Positions 26,816-34,644 of a stretch of DNA of 45,225 nucleotides are shown piece by piece. The position numbers and the translations under genes were made by a program. The stretch's first letter is position 1. Each line of letters opens with the position of its first letter. The notes under the pieces were generated by a model, which ran no database searches, was not told the DNA's origin, and worked only from the letters and a program-made list of their open reading frames with translations. Source of the stretch: Candidatus Methanofastidiosia archaeon (GTDB lineage: Archaea; Methanobacteriota_B; Thermococci; Methanofastidiosales; NM3); NCBI GenBank assembly GCA_016930445.1, contig JAFGGT010000031.1, positions 1 through 45,225 on the forward strand, read 5' to 3'.

Positions 26816-28120
26816 TCAGTACAATTTATGCTGTATGGGCGGAACGTAAGTGGTAACCCTCTCGATCTTTCTATCCTGCTCCATGACCCTCTTTATCTGG
26901 GTCACGGGGATACCCATATGTATCTCCTTCGTCCTACCGTATCGGCCCTTGCTCACGACCCTCGCGTTCAAGATCCCCAACATGTCCAGCTCAGAAATTA
27001 TATCTGAGATCCTCCTCTGTGTGAGGACCTCGCTACAAGAAAGCTTGCATAGGTCCTTGTAGACGTTATAGACCTCTCCGGTCGACATTCCTGAGGGCTC
27101 ATATTTCTCTAGCAGAATACAAGAATATAATATTAGTTTGGATTGTGTAGGCAAGGTCTTCACGACCTCGACTATGCGGTCCTGTTCTATCCTCTCCTTG
27201 GCCTCCCTAACATGCTTTTCGGATATCTTCTTGCTCCTCTCCCTCTCTGCTAGCTCGCCGGCGACCCTAAAGAGGTCCAATGCCCTTCTGGCATCTCCAT
27301 GTTCCTGTGCGGCAAAGGCTGAACAGAGCGGTATTACGCCGGGTTCTATTATCTCCATGTTCCTGCATGCCATTCCTGCCCTCTGGGCAAGTATGTCCTG
27401 CAACTGGACCGCATCGTAAGGCGGGAAGACTATCTCCTCCTCTCCCAGGGAGCTCCTGACCCTTGGGTCCAAGAACTCGATGAAGTTCAGATCGTTGGTA
27501 ATACCGATGATACTAACTCTAGCATTGGTAAGATCAGAATTTATCCTTGTCAAATTATATAGAACCTCATCGCTTCCCTTTCTCAGAAGCTTGTCTATCT
27601 CGTCTAATATTATGACCACAAGCCTCTTCTTTTGGTCCAGGGCGGAGAAGAATGTGTCATATACCTTATCGGTAGGCCAGCCTGTCAATGGGATCGACTG
27701 TCCGAAGTATTCTCCCAATTTCGCAAGCAATCTATATTGGGTGTCGACGACCTCGCAGTTCATATATATGAACCAAACGGAATAATCGTAATGAGTTGTG
27801 GAAACGAATTCTGGGTCTGGCTTGTAGCCCTGGAACGGCTTTGAGAAGTAATGTCCACCAATCTTTTTCACTATGGCCTTTCCCACATATTTTACAACGG
27901 CGGTCTTGCCTGTCCCTGTCTTGCCGTATACGAAGATGTTGGACGGAGTTTCGCCCTTGAAGGCTGAAACGAGTATTGATGCAAGCTCCTCGATCTGGTG
28001 TTGCCTGTGTGGCAGTTGTTCCGGTGTATAGGAATGTCGAAGCACTTCCTTGTTGCTCAGTATCTGTTCAGTGTTCAGCAGTTTATCAAATAGGCTGTCT
28101 AGACTCTTCTGGTTTTTCAT
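26816..28120 (-). CDS. cdc6: Orc1/Cdc6 replication initiator
   Basis: LPHR, Walker A GKTGTGKT, Walker B LDEID, GDARRALDL, and winged-helix SKGRYGRT. Confidence 0.98.
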   Translation of the reverse strand: MKNQKSLDSLFDKLLNTEQILSNKEVLRHSYTPEQLPHRQHQIEELASILVSAFKGETPSNIFVYGKTGTGKTAVVKYVGKAIVKKIGGHYFSKPFQGYKPDPEFVSTTHYDYSVWFIYMNCEVVDTQYRLLAKLGEYFGQSIPLTGWPTDKVYDTFFSALDQKKRLVVIILDEIDKLLRKGSDEVLYNLTRINSDLTNARVSIIGITNDLNFIEFLDPRVRSSLGEEEIVFPPYDAVQLQDILAQRAGMACRNMEIIEPGVIPLCSAFAAQEHGDARRALDLFRVAGELAERERSKKISEKHVREAKERIEQDRIVEVVKTLPTQSKLILYSCILLEKYEPSGMSTGEVYNVYKDLCKLSCSEVLTQRRISDIISELDMLGILNARVVSKGRYGRTKEIHMGIPVTQIKRVMEQDRKIERVTTYVPPIQHKLY

Positions 28121-28124
28121 TAAT

Positions 28125-28430
28125 GCACCAATTCCACTAGAAATGGTGCTTTTTATATATTTCTATATCCCCTTTGTTTCCACTGGAGATTTAACTTATA
28201 TTATCATTTAATAATTTATTTTAAAATATATAAATTGCACTCCGCCCTTTGTTTCCACTGGAACATTTTAAAGAGAAATTCGAATTTTCGACGATTTTTC
28301 TAACCAAATTTGGCGATGGTAGATAAATTTATATATAACAATGCGGATAAGCATTATAACCATTTTTTTTAACTATAAAAATTATGTACAATTTTTATTT
28401 TGGACTCCATTGGAAATGAAGGGGTGGGTC
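28125..28430. other. Chromosomal replication origin oriC (ORBs plus AT-rich DUE)
   Basis: ORBs: 28169-28188 (-) CTCCAGTGGAAACAAAGGGG, 28242-28264 (-) GTTCCAGTGGAAACAAAGGGCGG, 28405-28424 (+) CTCCATTGGAAATGAAGGGG. Mini-ORB TTCCACTAGAAAT at 28132-28144. AT-rich DNA lies between them, directly upstream of cdc6. Confidence 0.92.
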
Positions 28431-28478
28431 TAGTCTTATTTAATAAGCTTTATTAATAAATAAAAATAATGTGAGTCT

Positions 28479-29123
28479 ATGGGCGAAGAAGTGGTGTATG
28501 ACAAGCTAAATCATTTTCTTTTGATACCTCACGGCATTAGACTATACTCGAAGAAATTGAACTGTTCGATTATAGACGCATATGATGCCACTTCAATAGT
28601 GTTCAAGGATATCGTCAAATGGGTGATGATAGATCATGACATCGATGAGTTCTCATTCCTTGGCCTTACACTGAACGCCATGCAGACCAGAAGCCATGAG
28701 GAACTTACTCCAGTGATAGAAGTTGAGTCCACTGTTTACGAGGATCCGGATTTCATAGAGTTCCTTAGGGACAATGATATCAGGGTCCAGTTTTACTGGA
28801 ACTTCTCCAAGCTGCCTAAGTACTATATACGGGCAATGAAGAATCTTGAGCGGATGACGGAAAACTGTAAGACGAAGAAACTAAACATACTGATCGGTTA
28901 CGGACTCGGAAAGAAGAGCCTTTTTGAGAAGATTAAAAAGAAGCTTTTCAGGGACCTATTCACGACCAATCCGCCCCAATTGATCGTCAGTACGGCAGGA
29001 AAGGAGATAAACACGTTCTTTGATTACGTTCCGGAAACTACCAAGACATTGGTTGTCAGCACGCTGTTTCCAGAACTTACCCAGAGGGATTTCGATACTT
29101 ACGTGAACTATTATCGAGACTAG
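28479..29123 (+). CDS. Degenerate cis-prenyltransferase (UppS)-fold protein
   Basis: NHFLLIPHGIRLY aligns by eye to PxHIAIIMDGNRRW, and PQLIVSTAG...LFPELTQRDF to PDLLIRTSG...LWPDFxxxDF. Key catalytic residues are replaced. Confidence 0.7.
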   Translation: MGEEVVYDKLNHFLLIPHGIRLYSKKLNCSIIDAYDATSIVFKDIVKWVMIDHDIDEFSFLGLTLNAMQTRSHEELTPVIEVESTVYEDPDFIEFLRDNDIRVQFYWNFSKLPKYYIRAMKNLERMTENCKTKKLNILIGYGLGKKSLFEKIKKKLFRDLFTTNPPQLIVSTAGKEINTFFDYVPETTKTLVVSTLFPELTQRDFDTYVNYYRD

Positions 29124-30343
29124 GGCTTGGCCATCGACTCGACAATATCCAGAATCTTTTTCTTATATCCATCATAATCGTATGATAGCTTGGAAGTGCT
29201 CTTATCGTAATATCTACTTTCAAGCGATACGCTTTGCTCCGTGTAGTGATTCATGTACGGAACAGGATATCTGTCGTTATTGTGATTTGACACTGACTTG
29301 CAGTGGTAAACGTATTTGTTGCTCACATCGGGAATGTCCAAGAGCGAGGATATCCTGTGCATGAACATCGGATGGCTCCTGATATGGGCGCACCAATATA
29401 CATCTCCTGCATCCTCATTGTTCAGCGACCTCACAAGTGACCCCGATATCAGCGTCCTTATGCCTGCACCTATGTTGGCTGCAAGCCTCTTGGTCTCCTC
29501 CAGCCCCCGTCCCTTCAAGATCAAGAAGAAATACGAGCAAAGGTGTTTAGGAAGAGGATATACCAGGTAGAACTTCCTTATGATATCGTTCTTGACCATC
29601 TTCTCGTAGGAGTATCGCCAGGAGTTGTAGCCCCAAACGAATGGCCTGTTGCCGCCATCGTCCTCCAACTTGGCATCGTGTTTCATTATCTTGGACAACT
29701 CGCCCTTGAAGAATCCGGATTGTAGGTACATCAATAGCCTAGTATCTATCTCCGAAAGCTTGAACTTGCCCTCCTCACTAGAAAAATCCTGTTCAAGATA
29801 GGCATTATCGAGGCTCAGCATAGGACTGTCGTATTCAGTTTCGTCCCCACGCTCTGAGAAGAACCTGGGATTGACGGTACAAAGATTGTTTTCGAGCTCA
29901 TATATAGAATAATAATGTATGACCCCATGGTCCACAAGGGCATCGAAGATGCTTGTTATCTTTTCGTGATCGGTAGAGTATATCCCTACTATCATCTCAT
30001 TGAAAGTGCTCTCCTGAAGAGGATAGAAAAAGCTCCAAGACTCGATCCTCATCAGCAACCTTATCATGAAATCGTAGCTCTCGCTCTTTTGGAACATGAT
30101 GAAGATCAAAAGCCTCTTGACCGGAGGGGTGCTGATCCTCCTAAGGTCTATGTAGTGGTAGGGGCCGGCAAGGTACCCCTTCTCCTCCAGGATGTTGGCC
30201 TTCACAGTGGAAACATAGTTGTAGTACTTGAACCCGACCAGCTTGGCCATCTCACGTTCGGTGAGCTCAGGGCGGTGGCCATACAGGTCCAATAGCTTCT
30301 TTTGAGATACGCTAAGAGTGTTATTATATGGCAAGAATAACAC
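29120..30343 (-). CDS. Tandem Lrp/AsnC-like (HTH plus alpha/beta domain, twice) protein
   Basis: HTH-like segments QKKLLDLY...TEREMAKLVG...LEEKGYL and LSEIDTRLLMYLQ...KMVKNDII. GTG start 7 nt after the RPA2 stop. Confidence 0.55.
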   Translation of the reverse strand: MLFLPYNNTLSVSQKKLLDLYGHRPELTEREMAKLVGFKYYNYVSTVKANILEEKGYLAGPYHYIDLRRISTPPVKRLLIFIMFQKSESYDFMIRLLMRIESWSFFYPLQESTFNEMIVGIYSTDHEKITSIFDALVDHGVIHYYSIYELENNLCTVNPRFFSERGDETEYDSPMLSLDNAYLEQDFSSEEGKFKLSEIDTRLLMYLQSGFFKGELSKIMKHDAKLEDDGGNRPFVWGYNSWRYSYEKMVKNDIIRKFYLVYPLPKHLCSYFFLILKGRGLEETKRLAANIGAGIRTLISGSLVRSLNNEDAGDVYWCAHIRSHPMFMHRISSLLDIPDVSNKYVYHCKSVSNHNNDRYPVPYMNHYTEQSVSLESRYYDKSTSKLSYDYDGYKKKILDIVESMAKP

Positions 30344-30350
30344 CGTGAGG

Positions 30351-31121
30351 TCATGCGATCATATATCTTCCGACGCTGGGTTCGAATATATCACCGACGC
30401 TCAGAAGGGACCGTACCCCCTCCTCGACCTCGGCGGATGTGAAATCTGGGTCAAGCTCGGCTATCAGCACATCGAGGTCCACTCCGCTCTCCCCGTCCTG
30501 CAACATTTCCAATGTCTCGAGGATCTTCTTCTTGACGATCTCAAGCTTTTGCACGTCTACGGAATCCTCTTCCTGCTTTCCCAAGATGTAATCAAGCTCG
30601 TCCAGCCCATTTATCAGGTCTGGGTCTATCCCCCTCTCAGGGGCCTCGTCTATCGCGTTCCTGACGTCCCCGACGTCCTGTAGCAGCGTCCTGGCCTCTG
30701 TGGACTTCTTCATGAAGCGCAGGTATCTCAATAATGTCTCGGCCCTTGCCAGAAGCATCATTTGTGGCTCTACCTTGGATATCGCCTCGACGGTGAGCTG
30801 TTTCGTGTCCTGCCATTCGTGGGGTTTGCCTATCAATTGCACGATGTCGCCTGTACTTAGCTTTTTGAACAATGCGGCCTTCTCCCTGAACGCCGATGCC
30901 CAGACGACTGCGCTCGAGTCATCTATAAGGATCCTAGCATAGGAGTTGTCGTCACTATGGTAAGGTCCAGCGACTATGGTCGCCACTATCTTTGCCCGAA
31001 AGACCTTCTCTCCAAAGGGCGATAAGAGATAATTTGGTTCGAAGTCGCCCTCGTTCTTGACAAAGAATCCCTCGCCTATCTCTGATAGGTACATTCTCTT
31101 GGCGGGAACCCTCTTTTTCAT
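30351..31121 (-). CDS. Replication protein A subunit 2 (RPA32-like; OB fold plus C-terminal winged helix)
   Basis: FEPNYLLSPFGEKVFRAKIVATI and C-terminal GDIFEPSVGRY. ATGA overlap with RPA3 and GGAG RBS. Confidence 0.85.
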   Translation of the reverse strand: MKKRVPAKRMYLSEIGEGFFVKNEGDFEPNYLLSPFGEKVFRAKIVATIVAGPYHSDDNSYARILIDDSSAVVWASAFREKAALFKKLSTGDIVQLIGKPHEWQDTKQLTVEAISKVEPQMMLLARAETLLRYLRFMKKSTEARTLLQDVGDVRNAIDEAPERGIDPDLINGLDELDYILGKQEEDSVDVQKLEIVKKKILETLEMLQDGESGVDLDVLIAELDPDFTSAEVEEGVRSLLSVGDIFEPSVGRYMIA

Positions 31122-31426
31122 CTTCTCTCCTCCCATTCTAGCAGTTTCTTATACAGTGAGAGGTCAACATCCGAAAAATCCTGCACGATATCAGCGTTGA
31201 TGCCCTTCCCGTTCTCGAACGGCCGCCCTATGACCCTTATCACCTTGCCAACGTTGTAGAGCCTTTCAACAAAGGCCGTCACTTGGCCTGTGCCGTCGTC
31301 CAAGAGCATTGTGTACTCCCTTGGGTTATTCGATACGACGGTGGCTATCACGCTCACGCACTTGTCGTCATCGTGTATTTCGGATATCTTTCGGTCTATG
31401 GCAGGTGTTCTAATCATTGAACTCAT
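31118..31426 (-). CDS. Replication protein A subunit 3 (RPA14-like)
   Basis: Single small OB fold: PAIDRKISEI, LDDGTG, RVIGR, INADIVQDFSDVDLSLY. Confidence 0.85.
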   Translation of the reverse strand: MSSMIRTPAIDRKISEIHDDDKCVSVIATVVSNNPREYTMLLDDGTGQVTAFVERLYNVGKVIRVIGRPFENGKGINADIVQDFSDVDLSLYKKLLEWEERR

Positions 31427-32459
31427 CCTCCAGCTCTTGGAAGATCATCGTCGTCTCATATTCGAAGTCTATGGGCTTCACATCGAACACGTTGATGACC
31501 AGCCCTTTGAACTCGGTCTCGTTGACGGACCCGGATATGAGTATCTCCCTTCCCAAGAGATCCGGCTTGTTCTCCATAAGGTATTCAAGTCCCACGTTCT
31601 TTGGATTGAAGCCCGCGTCCAGAAAGCTCTGAACGTCCCTTGCAACGGAATCGGGCGCCTCGCTTATGAGCTCTGCGGCGCTGTCTCCGAAGAATATGGC
31701 CCTGGAATGACCATATCCGTCGTCTAGCCCTATCTCTATTACCATCGACTTGTTCGGGGTCGTCCTGGTCTTGCAGTGCTCACAGTAATAGTAGTTGTTC
31801 GTGGTCTTGATGAGTCCCCTGTTGCATTCCGGGCATGAGTCGTAGGTTGTCAATCTGTACAGGTTTGATATGGTTGCTCGTATCTCTATCGATCGGTCGC
31901 CAGGGCTGATCTCGTCCAGATGTTTGCGAGTTATCTGTCTTTTGCTGCTTATCATGAGGTCCTTGTACTTCTTTTCATCCTCGACCACTAGCCTCCCCTT
32001 TGGCCCGAGTCCCAGTTGCACCCCCGAGGGCCCTTGAGAGGATACTATGTCTAAAAGCCTTAGGATGTTGCCATTGTGGACCTTATTGTAATATTGGTCT
32101 ACCTCCCTGTCCCAGAGAGTGAGAAATACCTTTCCGGTCTGGTCGCCTAGAAGGATCGATTGCCTCTTTCCTTTCCTGTCCCCTCTTTGAAATTCCTTCT
32201 CATCATATAACTTTATTACTTTTACAAGTAGAGAGAGATTCGAAAGCCCGGGCTGTAGCCCTTCAATTGTCAACTTTGGTTCCTCCACGGCTTCCCTAAT
32301 GCCGTGTTCGGCCGCTATGAGTGCGTAAAGGCCCTCCTCGGTCACATGGGGCCCAAGCGCCTTTCTTTTCTCTGAGATGAGCCCCTCTATCTTTTCCTCG
32401 CAATAGCCTTTTTCAGCCAATCTTTTCAAAAGGTCCTCTTTCTTCACGTAGTCCACCAT
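31410..32459 (-). CDS. Replication protein A subunit 1 (RPA41-like; two OB folds plus Zn finger)
   Basis: GDQTGKVFLTLWD, YDSCPEC...CEHC and LDDGYG. Likely start at MVDYVK (32459); the ORF-track extension runs through promoter DNA. Confidence 0.88.
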   Translation of the reverse strand: MVDYVKKEDLLKRLAEKGYCEEKIEGLISEKRKALGPHVTEEGLYALIAAEHGIREAVEEPKLTIEGLQPGLSNLSLLVKVIKLYDEKEFQRGDRKGKRQSILLGDQTGKVFLTLWDREVDQYYNKVHNGNILRLLDIVSSQGPSGVQLGLGPKGRLVVEDEKKYKDLMISSKRQITRKHLDEISPGDRSIEIRATISNLYRLTTYDSCPECNRGLIKTTNNYYYCEHCKTRTTPNKSMVIEIGLDDGYGHSRAIFFGDSAAELISEAPDSVARDVQSFLDAGFNPKNVGLEYLMENKPDLLGREILISGSVNETEFKGLVINVFDVKPIDFEYETTMIFQELEDEFND

Positions 32460-32543
32460 ATCAAGGAATGTTATTAAATGCCTATTTTCAATATATATAA
32501 ATTTATAGCAAATATTTAAATGTAACAATGTAAAAAAATTAGT

Positions 32544-33830
32544 GTGAACTGTTATCTGCTCCGTTATTCAGAAATAGGCCTTAAATCCTATCAAACGCGC
32601 AAGCGATGGCTCGAAACGCTAAAAAGGAACGTTCAGAAGGGCCTATTTTGGAGTGATGTTGAATATAGCAGGCTGGACATAGTCCAGGGAAGGCTGATAC
32701 TCTATTCCGAGGACAGCAATGCGGAAAAGGTGCTTGAGAAGGTATTTGGCCTCGTGTCATTCTCACCCGCGACCGAGACGAGGGCCGACATCGGCGAGAT
32801 AAAGGACGTCGCCCTGAGCATCTACGATGAAACTCGCCCTGGATCCTTTAGGGTCACATCGCAAAGGGTCACAAAGGAGTTTTGCATGACCTCGATCGAG
32901 ATAAATCAGTGTGTAGGGGAGGCCGTATACGAATCGGGCGGAAAGGTCGACCTTAGGAACTTCGAGCTTAACATTGGCATAGAGATAATAGGCGACAAGG
33001 CATACACGTTCTATAATACTTTCCGGGGACCAGGGGGCCTTCCGATCGGCGTTCAGGGAACCGGTTGCGCGATAGTGAGGGATTTCAAGGATTTCGCCTC
33101 TTGCCTGCTCTTCATGAAAAGAGGATGCATGGTCGATCTGATAGTTCTCAGCTCTCCAATGGCCAGCACCTACATCGACATATTGCAGGGATACGCGTTC
33201 GAGGGGCTGAAGATCCTATTGATAGATAAGGAATGGCAGATCATGCCCGCGATGCAAAGGTACCTTGATGCCGGGATCGAGATCTTTGTGACGGCCGAGC
33301 CTTTGGAGTCCCCTGAGAACATGGTGAATCTTTGCCCAACAGAGCTTTACACCATCGAGGAGGCCCGGGCAGCGCTCGAAGAGTGCAATCTTTCGGATGT
33401 GCCCGACCCGGTCAACGATTATAGGATCTCCGCGGGATGCGTTATCTATTACAATGACACGATACTTCTCCTAAGGAGGAAGGCAGAAAAGACATGGGTG
33501 CTGCCAAAGGGCGGTGTTGACGGCATGGAGTACTTCAGGGATGCTGCCATGAGGGAGGCCTGCGAGGAATCGGGCGCGTGCAATCTGGACTTCAAGCACT
33601 ATATCGGAAAGTCGCATTACTCCTCGAAGGACAGGCACGGACAATTCACGAAGGACGTGTACTATTACTTATGCTATTCAAAGAAGTTCGAGGTCGCGCT
33701 GGAGTACTTATTTGACTCATATACAATGCTTCCTGCGGCTGAGGCGATAGATCTCCTCACTTTCGAGAACGACAAGAAGATAGTCAGGAAGGCCGAGAAG
33801 ATACGAAAGGCCGCCGATAGAAATGTTTAA
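32544..33830 (+). CDS. Fusion of ThiI-type NFLD/THUMP, degenerate PP-loop and Nudix hydrolase
   Basis: ThiI motifs LLRYSEIGLKS, VFGLVSFS, GPGGLPIG and MKRGC. The PP-loop SGGxDS is absent. Intact Nudix box GGVDGMEYFRDAAMREACEESG. Confidence 0.85.
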   Translation: MNCYLLRYSEIGLKSYQTRKRWLETLKRNVQKGLFWSDVEYSRLDIVQGRLILYSEDSNAEKVLEKVFGLVSFSPATETRADIGEIKDVALSIYDETRPGSFRVTSQRVTKEFCMTSIEINQCVGEAVYESGGKVDLRNFELNIGIEIIGDKAYTFYNTFRGPGGLPIGVQGTGCAIVRDFKDFASCLLFMKRGCMVDLIVLSSPMASTYIDILQGYAFEGLKILLIDKEWQIMPAMQRYLDAGIEIFVTAEPLESPENMVNLCPTELYTIEEARAALEECNLSDVPDPVNDYRISAGCVIYYNDTILLLRRKAEKTWVLPKGGVDGMEYFRDAAMREACEESGACNLDFKHYIGKSHYSSKDRHGQFTKDVYYYLCYSKKFEVALEYLFDSYTMLPAAEAIDLLTFENDKKIVRKAEKIRKAADRNV

Positions 33831-33895
33831 AAATCCTATTTTGCGACAAATAGATTTATTAAACGACCTTGAGAATTTTATTCTGTGTGGCTATC

Positions 33896-34027
33896 ATGAA
33901 GAAGATAAGGTGGGAAGACATTTTCAATCGCCTGGAAAGCGGCGAGATCACGGAAGAGCGCGCCCAGGAAGAGATCCTGAAACATTACTGCGTTCCCAAT
34001 CATGATAGGATCAATCAGTGCAACTGA
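33896..34027 (+). CDS. Small protein (43 aa), SHOCT-like; absent from the ORF track
   Basis: Manual translation: MKKIRWEDIFNRLESGEITEERAQEEILKHYCVPNHDRINQCN*. TTTATTAA TATA-like box upstream. Confidence 0.55.
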   Translation: MKKIRWEDIFNRLESGEITEERAQEEILKHYCVPNHDRINQCN

Positions 34028-34092
34028 TGGGGGCGTCCTGCCATCCCCAGGCATGGGAAAGGATTTAATAACGTTCCTTTATATCTTTCTAT

Positions 34093-34575
34093 ATGAATTT
34101 TGAGATAATCGACATCGAGAAGGATGCAGGCATCGAGTGCATAATAGGGCAGGGAAATTTTTCAATTTTCACGGTAGAAGACCTTGCTGTGAAACTGAAG
34201 ACGACCACTCCATCGATCGAGTTCGGTATTGCCATGAACGAGGCGAAGCCAAGGCTCGTCAGGGCAGAGGGAAATGAAGAGAAGCTGAGGGGCGCAGCGT
34301 CAAGGGCGTGTCTGGACATAGGTGCTGGCCATGTCTTCGTGATCATGATGAGAAACGCCTTTCCTATCAACGTGCTGAACGCTGTGAAGTCCTATCCGGG
34401 CGTATGCGGGGTCTATGGCGCCTCTGAGAACCCATTGCAGGTGCTCGTCGCGGTCACGGACCTGGGCAGGAGTGTAATAGGCATAGTCGATGGCACTGCC
34501 GCCGACTCGATAGAGACAGAGGAGCAAAGGTCCGAGAGGAGGGACCTCCTAGGCAAGATAGGGTACAGGATCTGA
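34093..34575 (+). CDS. Adenosine-specific kinase family (DUF355-like) protein
   Basis: IIGQGNF, FGIAMNEA, IGAGHVFVI, AFPINVLN, ASENPLQV and GRSVIGIVDG. Confidence 0.82.
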   Translation: MNFEIIDIEKDAGIECIIGQGNFSIFTVEDLAVKLKTTTPSIEFGIAMNEAKPRLVRAEGNEEKLRGAASRACLDIGAGHVFVIMMRNAFPINVLNAVKSYPGVCGVYGASENPLQVLVAVTDLGRSVIGIVDGTAADSIETEEQRSERRDLLGKIGYRI

Positions 34576-34644
34576 TGCATTTCTCTAGGATAAAGGTGAG
34601 AAAACCTTTATATCTTTTTTAATTCATCTTTTAATGGGGTTTCT

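Noticed and set aside
32544..33830. Annotation as a functional thiI
   Set aside because: The PP-loop SGGxDS is missing and the catalytic domain is shortened, so s4U synthesis is unlikely and the symbol is withheld.
33823..34005. 60-aa ORF from the track
   Set aside because: It runs through promoter-like DNA; the 33896..34027 frame gives a more protein-like product.
34025..34096. Selenocysteine readthrough of the TGA ending the 43-aa ORF
   Set aside because: The downstream hairpin does not match an archaeal SECIS pattern and the extension is not protein-like.
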